Shown piece after piece: positions 20,962-30,486 of a stretch of 64,000 bases of DNA. Within the stretch, counting starts at the first letter, position 1. Each line of letters opens with the position of its first letter. This DNA is from Euryarchaeota archaeon UBA106. GTDB lineage: Archaea > Thermoplasmatota > Poseidoniia > Poseidoniales > Thalassarchaeaceae. Both the position numbers and the translations under genes were made by a program. The notes under the pieces were generated by a model that worked only from the letters and a program-made list of their open reading frames with translations, was not told the DNA's origin and did not search any database. The stretch lies in contig DAOJ01000065.1 in assembly GCA_002502365.1 (NCBI GenBank), positions 7,547-71,546 of the forward strand, given 5' to 3'.

Positions 20962-21411
20962 TTATTCAGAGCTGGCAGTTTCTAGTAGAGCCGTAATTAT
21001 TTCGCTTGGTTTCTGGCCCGGATACGATTCAATTTTGAATCGACCTTTTACAGCATTTTTCCTTTCAGGGCCTTTTGCTAGTCTGTATTCTCCTGAGACC
21101 ATGGCAGATAAAGAAAGCCGGACATGCAAAACTTTGTCATCATCAATTTGAGATTTGAGTCCATTGCTGACAATTTCCTCCAAGACGTCCTCGCCTAATT
21201 TTAAAAAACTCAATTTGGCCGATTTCTTATTACTGATTTTCATTTCCAAAATAACCTGAGGTGCTCCGTGATACGACTTACTTTTCTCTCTAATTATTTC
21301 CGATTTTGTGTCGGAAAGATGCTTCATTGCTTGCTCAATTAGATCTATGTCATCAACACAACTACAATGTATCCTCCAAGATACGCTGTGGAATGCCATC
21401 ATTACCTCCAA
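20962..21411 (-). CDS. Archaeal RNA-binding protein (COG1325-like)
   Basis: KSYHGAPQVIL, IDDDKVLHVRL, KIESYPG. Confidence 0.7.
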   Translation of the reverse strand: MEVMMAFHSVSWRIHCSCVDDIDLIEQAMKHLSDTKSEIIREKSKSYHGAPQVILEMKISNKKSAKLSFLKLGEDVLEEIVSNGLKSQIDDDKVLHVRLSLSAMVSGEYRLAKGPERKNAVKGRFKIESYPGQKPSEIITALLETASSE

Positions 21412-21539
21412 GCATAGGCAGCCCTTGAAGAACTCCCTTTCGGCATTTGGAAAGTTAGAGTATAGGGGCTTTCATTCAAATACTGGATGTAGGTCGGCCG
21501 GTTTGCAAACGGGGTAGCCCCCGATACGAGGTGTTTCTC

Positions 21540-22481
21540 ATGGCAAAGGGCGCAAAAGCAAGGGCAGCGGCACGCAAACAGAGAGACAAGTGGAAGGCAA
21601 AGCGCTGGTACACAATTCGAGCACCTCGTAATCCTTGGTCATTCAGAGTCATTGGGGAAACCCTTGCAGAAGAGCCTGAGCAGTTGATTGGCCGCACCTA
21701 CGATATAATGCAGAATGAACTAGATGGTGACTTCTCAAAGATGCACGTACAGGTGATTTTCAGGATCACGGAAGCACTAGGTGGAGACGCACTAACCGAA
21801 TTCATAGGTCACAATGTTTTGAAAGACCATATTCGCCGTCAAATTCGCCGTCATCGAGGTAAGGTAGATGATACTGTTGATGTTGTTACCGAGGATGGTT
21901 ATTATGTCAGATTCAAGCCTTTACTTATTTCTCGATCAAGAGTTAAGTCCAGCCAAAAGTCCGCTATGAGAGCCAATGCACGTGATACAATCCTAACCAT
22001 GGGTGCAAGTTCCACTTGGATTCAATTACAAAAAGCTGTACTAGATGGCACAATGGAGGATGCAATCAAGGAATCAGTTTCCAAGGTCAGTCCTGTAAGG
22101 ACAGTAATGATTCGTCGAAGTCAATTACTTCAGAGTGGAGTAATAGTGGAAGATGGTCCTACATTGGACGAAATTCATGCCGAAGAAAAGGCAGCCGCGG
22201 CAGCAGCTGAAGTTGAAGAAGTAGACGTATTGGCTGCTGCAGAGGCTTCAGCAGAACTATCAGAAGTTGATGAGTCGAATGTTAGTGAGGATGTAGAATC
22301 CGAGGCAGAGGGTGATGATTCCGGAAATAATGAAGATTCAATCGACATTCCAGAGACTAATGATAACACAGAGCAAGATTACGACTCTATGACCGTAGCC
22401 GAATTAAAGCAATTACTCAAGGAAGCTGGAAAACCAGTTTCTGGTAAGAAAGCAGACTTAATTGCTCGACTGCAAGAGTAA
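21540..22481 (+). CDS. rps3ae: 30S ribosomal protein S3Ae with acidic linker and C-terminal SAP domain
   Basis: RDKWKAKRWYTIRAP, IGETLA, TEDGY; tail MTVAELKQLLKEAGKPVSGKKADLIARL. Confidence 0.95.
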   Translation: MAKGAKARAAARKQRDKWKAKRWYTIRAPRNPWSFRVIGETLAEEPEQLIGRTYDIMQNELDGDFSKMHVQVIFRITEALGGDALTEFIGHNVLKDHIRRQIRRHRGKVDDTVDVVTEDGYYVRFKPLLISRSRVKSSQKSAMRANARDTILTMGASSTWIQLQKAVLDGTMEDAIKESVSKVSPVRTVMIRRSQLLQSGVIVEDGPTLDEIHAEEKAAAAAAEVEEVDVLAAAEASAELSEVDESNVSEDVESEAEGDDSGNNEDSIDIPETNDNTEQDYDSMTVAELKQLLKEAGKPVSGKKADLIARLQE

Positions 22482-22520
22482 TGATAAAGTGGGCAGGAAG
22501 CCCATTTCATCATCAGAGGG

Positions 22521-23285
22521 TTGGTTAGTTTGGCAAGATTAGCGGTGGTAAGTGGGACTGGAATGTCTGCACTCGCTGATGAATTATTAGATTTTGGAGG
22601 GACTCAAAACACCATCCGTGTAGATTCAAAATGGGGTCAAGTTCCATGTATTGTAATTAAAACAAAAAAGCATTCAATTTTACTAATCGATAGACATCAT
22701 TGTGAGGGTGATGAAAGAACTCCGCCTCATGAAATTGAACACAGGGCAAATATTCATGCAGCCAAATCATTTACTCCAAATTTAATTTTAAGTGTAAATT
22801 CTGTTGGTTCAATGATAGAAGAATTGCCTCCAGGGAATATTGGTGTAGCAGGAGATGTACTCGATCTGGCTGTTAGGCCTTGGACATTTCATGACGATGA
22901 TGCGATTCATGCAGACAGAACCTCGATTTTTGACACAAATGCAAGTTTAATTTGTTCCAATTCACTTTCCAATAGTCAAGAAAATACACCAATCGGAATT
23001 ATTGTTGCACAGTGTGTAGGCCCCCAATTCGAATCACCATCAGAAATTGATGCACTTGTCAGGTTAGGGGCCGATGTTGTCGGAATGACACTTGGCCCTG
23101 AATCGCGACTAATCGCAGAAACCGGTATCCCACATGTGGCAATTTCTTGCTCTTCAAATTGGGCTGCCGGAAGGACACCCGGCGACCCGTCTGCGGAAAT
23201 AGATCACCATGCCGTTGATGCAATGGCTGCAACTCTAAGAGCTAGGGTGAAAGATTGTATTATTGCATTATTAGATAATTATTGA
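22521..23285 (+). CDS. MTAP-family purine nucleoside phosphorylase
   Basis: DRH, PPHEIEHRANI, NSVGSM, GPQFESPSE, GADVVGMT. Confidence 0.88.
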   Translation: MVSLARLAVVSGTGMSALADELLDFGGTQNTIRVDSKWGQVPCIVIKTKKHSILLIDRHHCEGDERTPPHEIEHRANIHAAKSFTPNLILSVNSVGSMIEELPPGNIGVAGDVLDLAVRPWTFHDDDAIHADRTSIFDTNASLICSNSLSNSQENTPIGIIVAQCVGPQFESPSEIDALVRLGADVVGMTLGPESRLIAETGIPHVAISCSSNWAAGRTPGDPSAEIDHHAVDAMAATLRARVKDCIIALLDNY

Positions 23286-23294
23286 GGGTTAAAT

Positions 23295-23597
23295 TTGCGT
23301 GACCAAAGGATAGGTTTAGCCCTTCTTGTAATAGCAATAATTCTATTCGCATATTCTATTGATCGTATGGATTATTGGGACCAAGCAGACAAAGCTTACG
23401 AGAAAGAATGTCTGCCTCATAATAATCCTCAGCCAAACGCGGAAATCTGTCAGGAATTGGAAAATGAAGCAAATTCTCGATTAACCAAATTTTCTCTAAT
23501 ATTATTTTCATCAATTGTAATGTCGCTTATTGGTCTTGTATATCTTCTTCCTCAGGGGGATGAGTACCCTAAATCTCCACCAGGTGGAAGGTTCTAG
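23295..23597 (+). CDS. Small two-TM membrane protein
   Basis: Two hydrophobic helices with a Cys pair in the loop. Confidence 0.65.
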   Translation: MRDQRIGLALLVIAIILFAYSIDRMDYWDQADKAYEKECLPHNNPQPNAEICQELENEANSRLTKFSLILFSSIVMSLIGLVYLLPQGDEYPKSPPGGRF

Positions 23598-23639
23598 GGG
23601 ATTAGACAATTTGATGGTTCTCCAACATCTGGGCGCTCT

Positions 23640-24029
23640 ATGGAAAGGCTCCTGAGTGTAGATGATTGGAAGGAAATTGATTGGAATTCTAAGCCCGATG
23701 GCTCTTGGTCTACCATGATGGCTAGGGTTGCCGCTTTCCATAGTAAACACGATTTCGCCAACCCTGAGAATAATGGTCATGATATGGGTTACCGTGTGGC
23801 CCTAACCGTTGAGGAATTAGGTGAGTTTGCAGCGGCAATCACCAAAGGAAAGCCTAAGGAAGAAGCCTCCGAAGAACTAGCAGATTTGTTGATTTTGATT
23901 CTTGGCCACTCTCTTGCAATGCACATTGATTTGGAATCCGAATTCCATACCAAAATGGACAAAATAATGCAAAGAAAAGCCAGAAGAGGAAACTTGGGAA
24001 TTAGAGTAACAGAATACGACGGAGAATGA
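23640..24029 (+). CDS. MazG-like nucleotide pyrophosphohydrolase
   Basis: VEELGEFAAAI...EELADLLI. Confidence 0.85.
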   Translation: MERLLSVDDWKEIDWNSKPDGSWSTMMARVAAFHSKHDFANPENNGHDMGYRVALTVEELGEFAAAITKGKPKEEASEELADLLILILGHSLAMHIDLESEFHTKMDKIMQRKARRGNLGIRVTEYDGE

Positions 24030-24117
24030 ATTTGGATAAAATTCTACACCTGTCATAATAAATCTCGTACTCAATTTTATTAGATTTTTTTAAATTGTTA
24101 ATAATGTCGGGTCAACT

Positions 24118-25290
24118 ATGGCGTTGGACATACAAACCGCTCAAGATGATGAAGAATCGAATCCAAAAGTCGACTCTGAAACTTATGATGTAATTATCGT
24201 CGGAGCAGGTGCAGCGGGAATCGGTGTTGGAATTGCTATTGCTCATGCAGGAATTGAGAACTTCCTGATTGTTGATAGAGATACAGTAGGTTCCTCTTTT
24301 TCTTCATGGCCAGAAGAGACTCGATTCATTACGCCCTCATTTCCCAGTAATTCTATTGGAATGCTAGATCTAAATTCGATTGCAATCGGGATATCTCCCG
24401 CATTTAGCATGAAGGTTGAGCACCCTACTGGTAAAGAATACGCCGAACACTTACAGGATATAGCTGAATATTTTGAGCTCCCAATTTTAGAAAATACAAA
24501 TGTAGATTCTATAGAGAAAATCGACGGTTTATTTCATCTAAATATTGGTGACAGTAACTTGCTGGCGAAGAATGTAATTTGGGCTGCAGGGGAATATCAA
24601 TATCCACTTTTGGATGGATTTGAAGGTGTTGAATTATGTAGGCATACGGCAACAGTTTCGAGATATGCAGATTTACAAGGGGACAATTTTCTAATTATCG
24701 GGGGATACGAAAGTGGAATAGATGCTGCATATCATCTTGCTAATAATGGTAAAAAGGTGGTATTATTCGACATTAACAGCCCATGGGACGAAGAAAGTTC
24801 AGATCCAAGTATTACTTTGTCTACCTTTTCATTCGAACGAATGAGAAATTCCAATTTTGAAAATAATGTTAGATTAAACCCGCAGACTCAGGTAAAATCA
24901 GTCAATATATTAGATGGAACATACGAAGTCAGAACTCAAGATGGGCAAGTCTTCAGTTCTGATTCTAAGCCTCTATTCGCAGGCGGATTCGACGGAAGTC
25001 ACAAATTCGTGTCAAATTTATTCGATGAAAGAGAAGATGGATTCCCCCTACTGAATGATAGTGACGAATCAACTATAGTTCCTGGTATGTACCTCTGTGG
25101 TCCATCAGTTCGTCATGACGGTCATATTTTTTGTTTCATTTTCAAATATAGACAACGGTTTGCAATCGTCGCACAAGCAATTGCATCGTCCCTAGATATT
25201 GATACCGATGAATTCGTTGAGGCTTACAGGGGTTGGGGGATGTATTTAGACGATTTATCCTGTTGCGGACAGGAGTGTTTGACATGTTGA
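24118..25290 (+). CDS. NAD(P)/FAD-dependent oxidoreductase (flavoprotein monooxygenase-like)
   Basis: IVGAGAAG, IIGGYESGIDAA, C-terminal DDLSCCGQECLTC. Confidence 0.88.
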   Translation: MALDIQTAQDDEESNPKVDSETYDVIIVGAGAAGIGVGIAIAHAGIENFLIVDRDTVGSSFSSWPEETRFITPSFPSNSIGMLDLNSIAIGISPAFSMKVEHPTGKEYAEHLQDIAEYFELPILENTNVDSIEKIDGLFHLNIGDSNLLAKNVIWAAGEYQYPLLDGFEGVELCRHTATVSRYADLQGDNFLIIGGYESGIDAAYHLANNGKKVVLFDINSPWDEESSDPSITLSTFSFERMRNSNFENNVRLNPQTQVKSVNILDGTYEVRTQDGQVFSSDSKPLFAGGFDGSHKFVSNLFDEREDGFPLLNDSDESTIVPGMYLCGPSVRHDGHIFCFIFKYRQRFAIVAQAIASSLDIDTDEFVEAYRGWGMYLDDLSCCGQECLTC

Positions 25291-25484
25291 AGGGAAATGA
25301 AACTCGAATAGGAAAAATTCTGAGTATTGAATGGCTTGGACAAACCCTTGCAAGTCTATGCTGGATTATCAGTGTATTCGTATACGAAATTGAAGGCCCT
25401 GGTGATTGGTTACAATTGGGGGCTGCTTCATTTTGGATGATGTCAAACATTTCGGCAATATTTAGCATAAAACAACATGGCTAA
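25284..25484 (+). CDS. Small membrane protein coupled to the oxidoreductase
   Basis: ATG overlaps the end of the upstream gene; two hydrophobic Trp-rich helices. Confidence 0.55.
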   Translation: MLKGNETRIGKILSIEWLGQTLASLCWIISVFVYEIEGPGDWLQLGAASFWMMSNISAIFSIKQHG

Positions 25485-25524
25485 TAATTCAGAATCCGCA
25501 GCCAACTGAACCATGATTATATCC

Positions 25525-25926
25525 TTAATGAAAAGTTTTTGTTCTCTTTTCCATAGTATATTCTGCTATCCACAAACTAACCCATATTCCCGCTAATTGC
25601 AATGTTAGTCTCACTAAATTTCCTAATTCCGTTAATGATTCACCATCGCCCAGTTCGACTGAAAATATCCACATGTATAGATTTGCAGGATATAGCCAAA
25701 CCAACATAGCAGCACTTGCAAAACCACCAATTCCTCTTAATGAGGGGATTATGAGTAAAGTTCCTACAACAATCTCTACAATTCCACTAAGTATTACCCA
25801 AAATTTAGCAGAACCAAGGAATGGTGGTACAATTGGCTCGAACCATTCAGTATCTGTGAAATGCAAAATTCCGACATATACAAAAAACGAACCACCGATA
25901 ATTGCGAACAAGTCGCGTGAATTCAT
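25525..25926 (-). CDS. DoxX-like membrane protein
   Basis: GILHF, FEPIVPP, SGIVEI, YPANLYM; ATG 25926 directly after folA. Confidence 0.8.
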   Translation of the reverse strand: MNSRDLFAIIGGSFFVYVGILHFTDTEWFEPIVPPFLGSAKFWVILSGIVEIVVGTLLIIPSLRGIGGFASAAMLVWLYPANLYMWIFSVELGDGESLTELGNLVRLTLQLAGIWVSLWIAEYTMEKRTKTFH

Positions 25927-25927
25927 A

Positions 25928-26437
25928 TCATCGCCTAGTCCAGATGGAATATGTAGTGTCGTATTCATTGTTGGAGTCTAATTGCAATTTTTCGATAACT
26001 TCCTCAGACCATTCAGACCTATTCCAGTAGGGGAATTTTACTTCACCACTCTCTGTGGTTTTGACGGTTGTAAGATGAATTTCTTCTACTCGATCAAGGA
26101 ACATTTGGTAAATCTGAGCCCCGCCAATAATCCAGCATTCATCGCAACCATCTGCATAGGCGATTTCTATTGCTCGACCGATATATAGAGCAGTTTCTGC
26201 TCCATCTGCTTCCCATCCGGTGTCTCTTGACATGACGATGTTCAATCTCTCAGGTAATGGCCTATACGCTTCGGGGAGTGAATCCCAAGTTTTTCTTCCC
26301 ATTATTACAGCGTTAAATCCATCTCCTTCAGTCAATTGTTTGAATCGAGCCATATCAGAAGCCAGACGCCATGGAAGGCCTTCTCCTCTTCCTATACAGC
26401 CATCTTCATCCATCGCCACAATCATTGCCATTCGCAT
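25928..26437 (-). CDS. folA: Dihydrofolate reductase
   Basis: LPWRLASDM, VIMGRKTWDSLP, RPLPERLNIV, IIGGAQIY. Confidence 0.96.
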   Translation of the reverse strand: MRMAMIVAMDEDGCIGRGEGLPWRLASDMARFKQLTEGDGFNAVIMGRKTWDSLPEAYRPLPERLNIVMSRDTGWEADGAETALYIGRAIEIAYADGCDECWIIGGAQIYQMFLDRVEEIHLTTVKTTESGEVKFPYWNRSEWSEEVIEKLQLDSNNEYDTTYSIWTRR

Positions 26438-26446
26438 ATTTATTCC

Positions 26447-27241
26447 TCAAACTGATATAGGTGCAGAGATGTGTGGGTGATGCTCATAATTGAGAATTTC
26501 AATACTTTCAGCAGTAAACTCATCAATTTCTGAGATAGTCTCATCTAACTTGAGTTTAGGCAATGGAAGTGGTTTCCTAGAAATTTGTTCCTTGGCTTGT
26601 TCTAAGTGATTTAGGTACAAATGACAATCTCCCCCAGTCCAGACAAATTCTCCTGGTTGCAAACCGCATACTTGAGCCATCATACAGGTCAGCAGGCTGT
26701 ATGATGAAATATTGAATGGGACTCCAAGAAAAGCATCAGCACTTCTTTGGTATAATTGACAGGACAATTTTCCTTCGTTGACATAGAATTGGAAAAAAGC
26801 ATGGCAAGGCATTAGCGCCATGTCTTCCAATTCACCAACATTCCAAGCTGAAACAATTATTCTTCGTGAATTCGGGTTCTGTTTGATCATTTCAATGGCG
26901 TTTTCAATTTGGTCAACGACCCTGCCATCATTAGTCTCCCATTTTCTCCATTGTTTTCCATAAACAGGTCCAAGGTCACCATCCTCGTCTGCCCATTCGT
27001 TCCATATACGGACATTATTTTCCTGTAGATAGGCAACGTTAGTATCTCCAGATAAAAACCACAACAGTTCATGGATGATACTAGGCCAGTGGAGCTTTTT
27101 TGTGGTAACCGCTGGAAAAGATTCAGTAAGGTCAAACCTCATTTGATGCCCAAAAACAGAGATTGTACCTGTGCCTGTACGGTCTGATTTTTCTACTCCC
27201 TCATCGAGTATTCGTTCGAGGAATGCTAGGTATTGCTCCAT
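26447..27241 (-). CDS. thyA: Thymidylate synthase (bacterial type)
   Basis: DRTGTGT, ELLWFL, LMPCH, YQRSAD, GVPFN, HLYLNH; likely start MEQYL. Confidence 0.97.
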   Translation of the reverse strand: MEQYLAFLERILDEGVEKSDRTGTGTISVFGHQMRFDLTESFPAVTTKKLHWPSIIHELLWFLSGDTNVAYLQENNVRIWNEWADEDGDLGPVYGKQWRKWETNDGRVVDQIENAIEMIKQNPNSRRIIVSAWNVGELEDMALMPCHAFFQFYVNEGKLSCQLYQRSADAFLGVPFNISSYSLLTCMMAQVCGLQPGEFVWTGGDCHLYLNHLEQAKEQISRKPLPLPKLKLDETISEIDEFTAESIEILNYEHHPHISAPISV

Positions 27242-27320
27242 GGTTACTAGCATCGGACGCCATCTCAAGTCCATGAAGGATGCGGCACTCGTTACTCCGA
27301 TTCTGATCGTTAAATCTGTA

Positions 27321-28097
27321 TCATGGAGCCCCTAATTCTCTTAGATTCTCCATTAGTTGGTCTGTAAATTTCCGATACAATGATTTCATGATGGATCTTT
27401 GCCCGTGCTCATCTAACTTTACCAAATTGTCAACATCCCCGTCAGTGAAATTACCTCCTTCAGAGCTGGCTAACCAATCTGCAAACGTAATTGGAAAATC
27501 GATGTTAACTTGCACTTTCGCAAGTGGGTTGATTATTGCTGAACCCGGAGCCATAAAGTCCCTAGAACCAATTATTGCCATTGGTACAATTGGGACATTT
27601 GGGAACTTAGCCGCTAATCTTGCAACTCCTGTTTTCCCTCTCGATAAATAAGGTGCTTGCTTATTTCTTGAGCGGGTTCCTTCAGGAAAAATTCCCATTA
27701 TATTTCCACTTGACAATACGTCAACGGCACTAGTCAAGGCATCTCCTCCGCCTGATTCTCTATAGGTTTCAATTTGACCTGTTGAAGTCATTATTTTCTG
27801 AAATTTCCTATCTTCAAAGTGTTCTGCTTTAGCAAGATAGTGAACTGGTCTTCTTGCACCCATTATCTTGACGATTGGATCTATATGGGATGTATGGTTT
27901 CCTGTTAATATCGCGGGGCCGTTTTTTGGAATTCTTTCCAATCCTTGGTACCTCACGTTTGTGATTGACCTTACAAGAGGTGGAAGTACGTACATTAGGC
28001 CCCTGTAGAATATTGGAGTTGACTGTTGGTGACCTGAACCCTGTAAGCCAGTCAGGTCCGAAATGTTCTGCAAAGATGCCAAACTTAACTCGGCCAT
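27321..28097 (-). CDS. plsC: 1-acyl-sn-glycerol-3-phosphate acyltransferase (PlsC family)
   Basis: NHTSHID (HX4D), FPEGTRS; start trimmed to ATG 28097 to avoid the divergent gene. Confidence 0.88.
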   Translation of the reverse strand: MAELSLASLQNISDLTGLQGSGHQQSTPIFYRGLMYVLPPLVRSITNVRYQGLERIPKNGPAILTGNHTSHIDPIVKIMGARRPVHYLAKAEHFEDRKFQKIMTSTGQIETYRESGGGDALTSAVDVLSSGNIMGIFPEGTRSRNKQAPYLSRGKTGVARLAAKFPNVPIVPMAIIGSRDFMAPGSAIINPLAKVQVNIDFPITFADWLASSEGGNFTDGDVDNLVKLDEHGQRSIMKSLYRKFTDQLMENLRELGAP

Positions 28098-28179
28098 GGT
28101 ATGTCGAAGACTTAGAGGCATTATTTCTTTACGGAAGTCCGATGCCTTCTTTTGGAGTCCCCTACAGCGATTGATTGTG

Positions 28180-29295
28180 GTGAATCGCAGAGCGGTTAGC
28201 ATCGTGCTTTGTAGCATCTTAATCATACCCATTTCAACTCCTTCAGTTGTTGCAGAATGGGACGATGATAATTGGCTGAAAAACATCATTGGACCAGAAC
28301 GACTTGAGCTTGGAGACGAGTTTGGTTGTCATGGTTTTGAAGGAATAGATTTGAGAGAAGAGGCTTGGGTTATTCAGGGTTGCAGAGATTACCTAAGCGG
28401 TTTCACAGACGCATCCCGTTGGGGTGCTCCTCCGATTTCGTTCGGCCATCCAAACGGGCCAGTAACCGAAGATGTAGCCCGCTCGCTTTCAGATGCAGGT
28501 TTTTCTATTATTGGAGATAGAATCGAAGGCGATACCTATGGGTTAAATGTTGTAAATAGACTTACCAGCCTTGAGAAAGGCCAAGCGAATTTAACCGCTA
28601 TAGAAAACGCTGCAGAAGACAGTTTAGTCAGTTTGTATTGGATTGGTAGATGGCATGATGTGAACATCCGTGAAGATAAATCTGCAATATCCTTGATAAC
28701 TTCTCAGGAGGTTTGGTTTACAACTTGGGGGGAATGGTTTGGTCACAAGCAATCGGGTGAGTCTTTTGAACGAATTTTAGTCAATGACCCAACGATGAAA
28801 ACATATCGTATTTCTACTTTTGAAGAATCATCTTGGTCTGTCCCAGGAACTGCATTCTTTGAGTGGTCAGAACCGCCAATAAATATTCAATTCAACGGAG
28901 AAAATGCGATGATTATACCCAGTGGACAAAAGCATTTGATCACAGGAGTTCGCCCTGTTGAAGGTGGTGCATTTGTTACAGTAAAACCAGGTGTGTTCGT
29001 AGATTTTATTTTCGAATCAGAAAATATTTCTGTAAACCATAGTCCACAGTTAACATTCAATGGTTTACACCACTCAGTGAGTGTAGTTGGACATCATGTT
29101 ACAAATCTACATGACTGGACTTCTGATTTTCATGAATCTCCTCTTAGGTTTACTTGGTTAATTGAACGTCCCGCGGCACTGGAAATGGATTGGAGACTCC
29201 CTGTGTTGGCAATCGGGATTCTAATTTCCACTCCAATTGCAATCAAATGGGTTGTAGCCAGAGATAAAGAAAACGAAAATCAACGTTGGGATTAA
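28180..29295 (+). CDS. Secreted, C-terminally anchored hypothetical protein
   Basis: Signal-peptide-like NRRAVSIVLCSILII..VVA; C-terminal TM; GTG start inferred. Confidence 0.7.
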   Translation: MNRRAVSIVLCSILIIPISTPSVVAEWDDDNWLKNIIGPERLELGDEFGCHGFEGIDLREEAWVIQGCRDYLSGFTDASRWGAPPISFGHPNGPVTEDVARSLSDAGFSIIGDRIEGDTYGLNVVNRLTSLEKGQANLTAIENAAEDSLVSLYWIGRWHDVNIREDKSAISLITSQEVWFTTWGEWFGHKQSGESFERILVNDPTMKTYRISTFEESSWSVPGTAFFEWSEPPINIQFNGENAMIIPSGQKHLITGVRPVEGGAFVTVKPGVFVDFIFESENISVNHSPQLTFNGLHHSVSVVGHHVTNLHDWTSDFHESPLRFTWLIERPAALEMDWRLPVLAIGILISTPIAIKWVVARDKENENQRWD

Positions 29296-29346
29296 CTAAT
29301 TTACAAACATCCAAAGAACATATCCTGATGTTTTTTCTAAGTTAGA

Positions 29347-30399
29347 TTATATTTCCGGCCCATCAATTCGTATATTGTTCAATTTCATAACGTTGATAAT
29401 TTTAGAAATAGTTTCATTTCCCAATGTTTCTGGTGCATGGACGCCTACAGGTAACATGTCTGGATCTTCTAACCAGGCTTCTACACAACACGCCGTCACC
29501 ATTCCAGTTGCTCTAGCCATAGAATGACCATCGTCTCCTCCATGGTCCTCGACTTCCCACTCGAAAATTTCACCATTTCTCGACTCAGCTCTAACCTTCA
29601 TCCAAGTAAATTCAGGGATCTTGTGGTCATAACTCCACTCGAAAATCAATTCGTCTTCATTCAAATCACCAGATTCTCTTTCGTCGATAAATTTCTGAAT
29701 ATGGCCCGGCCATCGGACGGTGAATTCGGACATCTCAACCGCTGGAATTGATTTCAGTACAGAACGTAATCCATCTGTTAGAAAAGCCTCCATTTCACCA
29801 TGCTCTCCGGTATCAACCATATGGCGCTGAGTTAAGGCTGGAAGAACGACTTCTTCTCCTTGGCGAATAACCCTAGCTGGCCTAGTATATTCTGCAATTA
29901 CATCAATGGGGGAAAATGGAGCCATATACTTCCATTCCCCATACGGTCCCGTAGGGTTTCCACCTACCCAAACTTCGGCTTTCTCTAAAGGCCCAATTGC
30001 TCTATCAGCATAGGCTAACAACATATTGGATAAACCGGGTGCTATACCTACGTCCCAGAGAATACTAGCCCCGTAATCCTGTGCTTTTTGGTTATCTCTG
30101 TCAGGTGTATGTTTACTGAAACTTAAATCCACTAGTCGATATCTACTTTCAGCGAGATCGGTTGTTGCCATATGTCCGATATCACCGGGTAACATATTCA
30201 CAACAATGTCAACTTGACCATTGTTGCTCATAGACATCAGGTTATCTAAAACATCGCCTTGATGTACCGTAATTCCTTCAATGCCCATTACTCGATGGGG
30301 CTGAATGTCATAGGCGTGAACTTGGTGTCCCAGTGCAGCTAGACGTTTTGCAACCCAAGCTCCCACTAACCCGCAACCTAAGCAATGAACCACAGCCAT
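29347..30399 (-). CDS. Saccharopine dehydrogenase / lysine 6-dehydrogenase family
   Basis: LGCGLVG, DVGIAPGLSN, EAFLTDGLRS, TVRWPGH, SMARATG. Confidence 0.88.
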   Translation of the reverse strand: MAVVHCLGCGLVGAWVAKRLAALGHQVHAYDIQPHRVMGIEGITVHQGDVLDNLMSMSNNGQVDIVVNMLPGDIGHMATTDLAESRYRLVDLSFSKHTPDRDNQKAQDYGASILWDVGIAPGLSNMLLAYADRAIGPLEKAEVWVGGNPTGPYGEWKYMAPFSPIDVIAEYTRPARVIRQGEEVVLPALTQRHMVDTGEHGEMEAFLTDGLRSVLKSIPAVEMSEFTVRWPGHIQKFIDERESGDLNEDELIFEWSYDHKIPEFTWMKVRAESRNGEIFEWEVEDHGGDDGHSMARATGMVTACCVEAWLEDPDMLPVGVHAPETLGNETISKIINVMKLNNIRIDGPEI

Positions 30400-30486
30400 G
30401 ATTGCCGAAAGCCGGTTAAGTTATTGATTAGTTCCAGTTGGCTATCTGAGGCATTTTTGAAGCGATTACTTGATTGAGGAGAGCAT

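Noticed and set aside
28098-28289. Apparent head-to-head overlap of plsC and the 28063 ORF
   Set aside because: Resolved by downstream starts (ATG 28097 and GTG ~28180); an artefact of longest-ORF calling.
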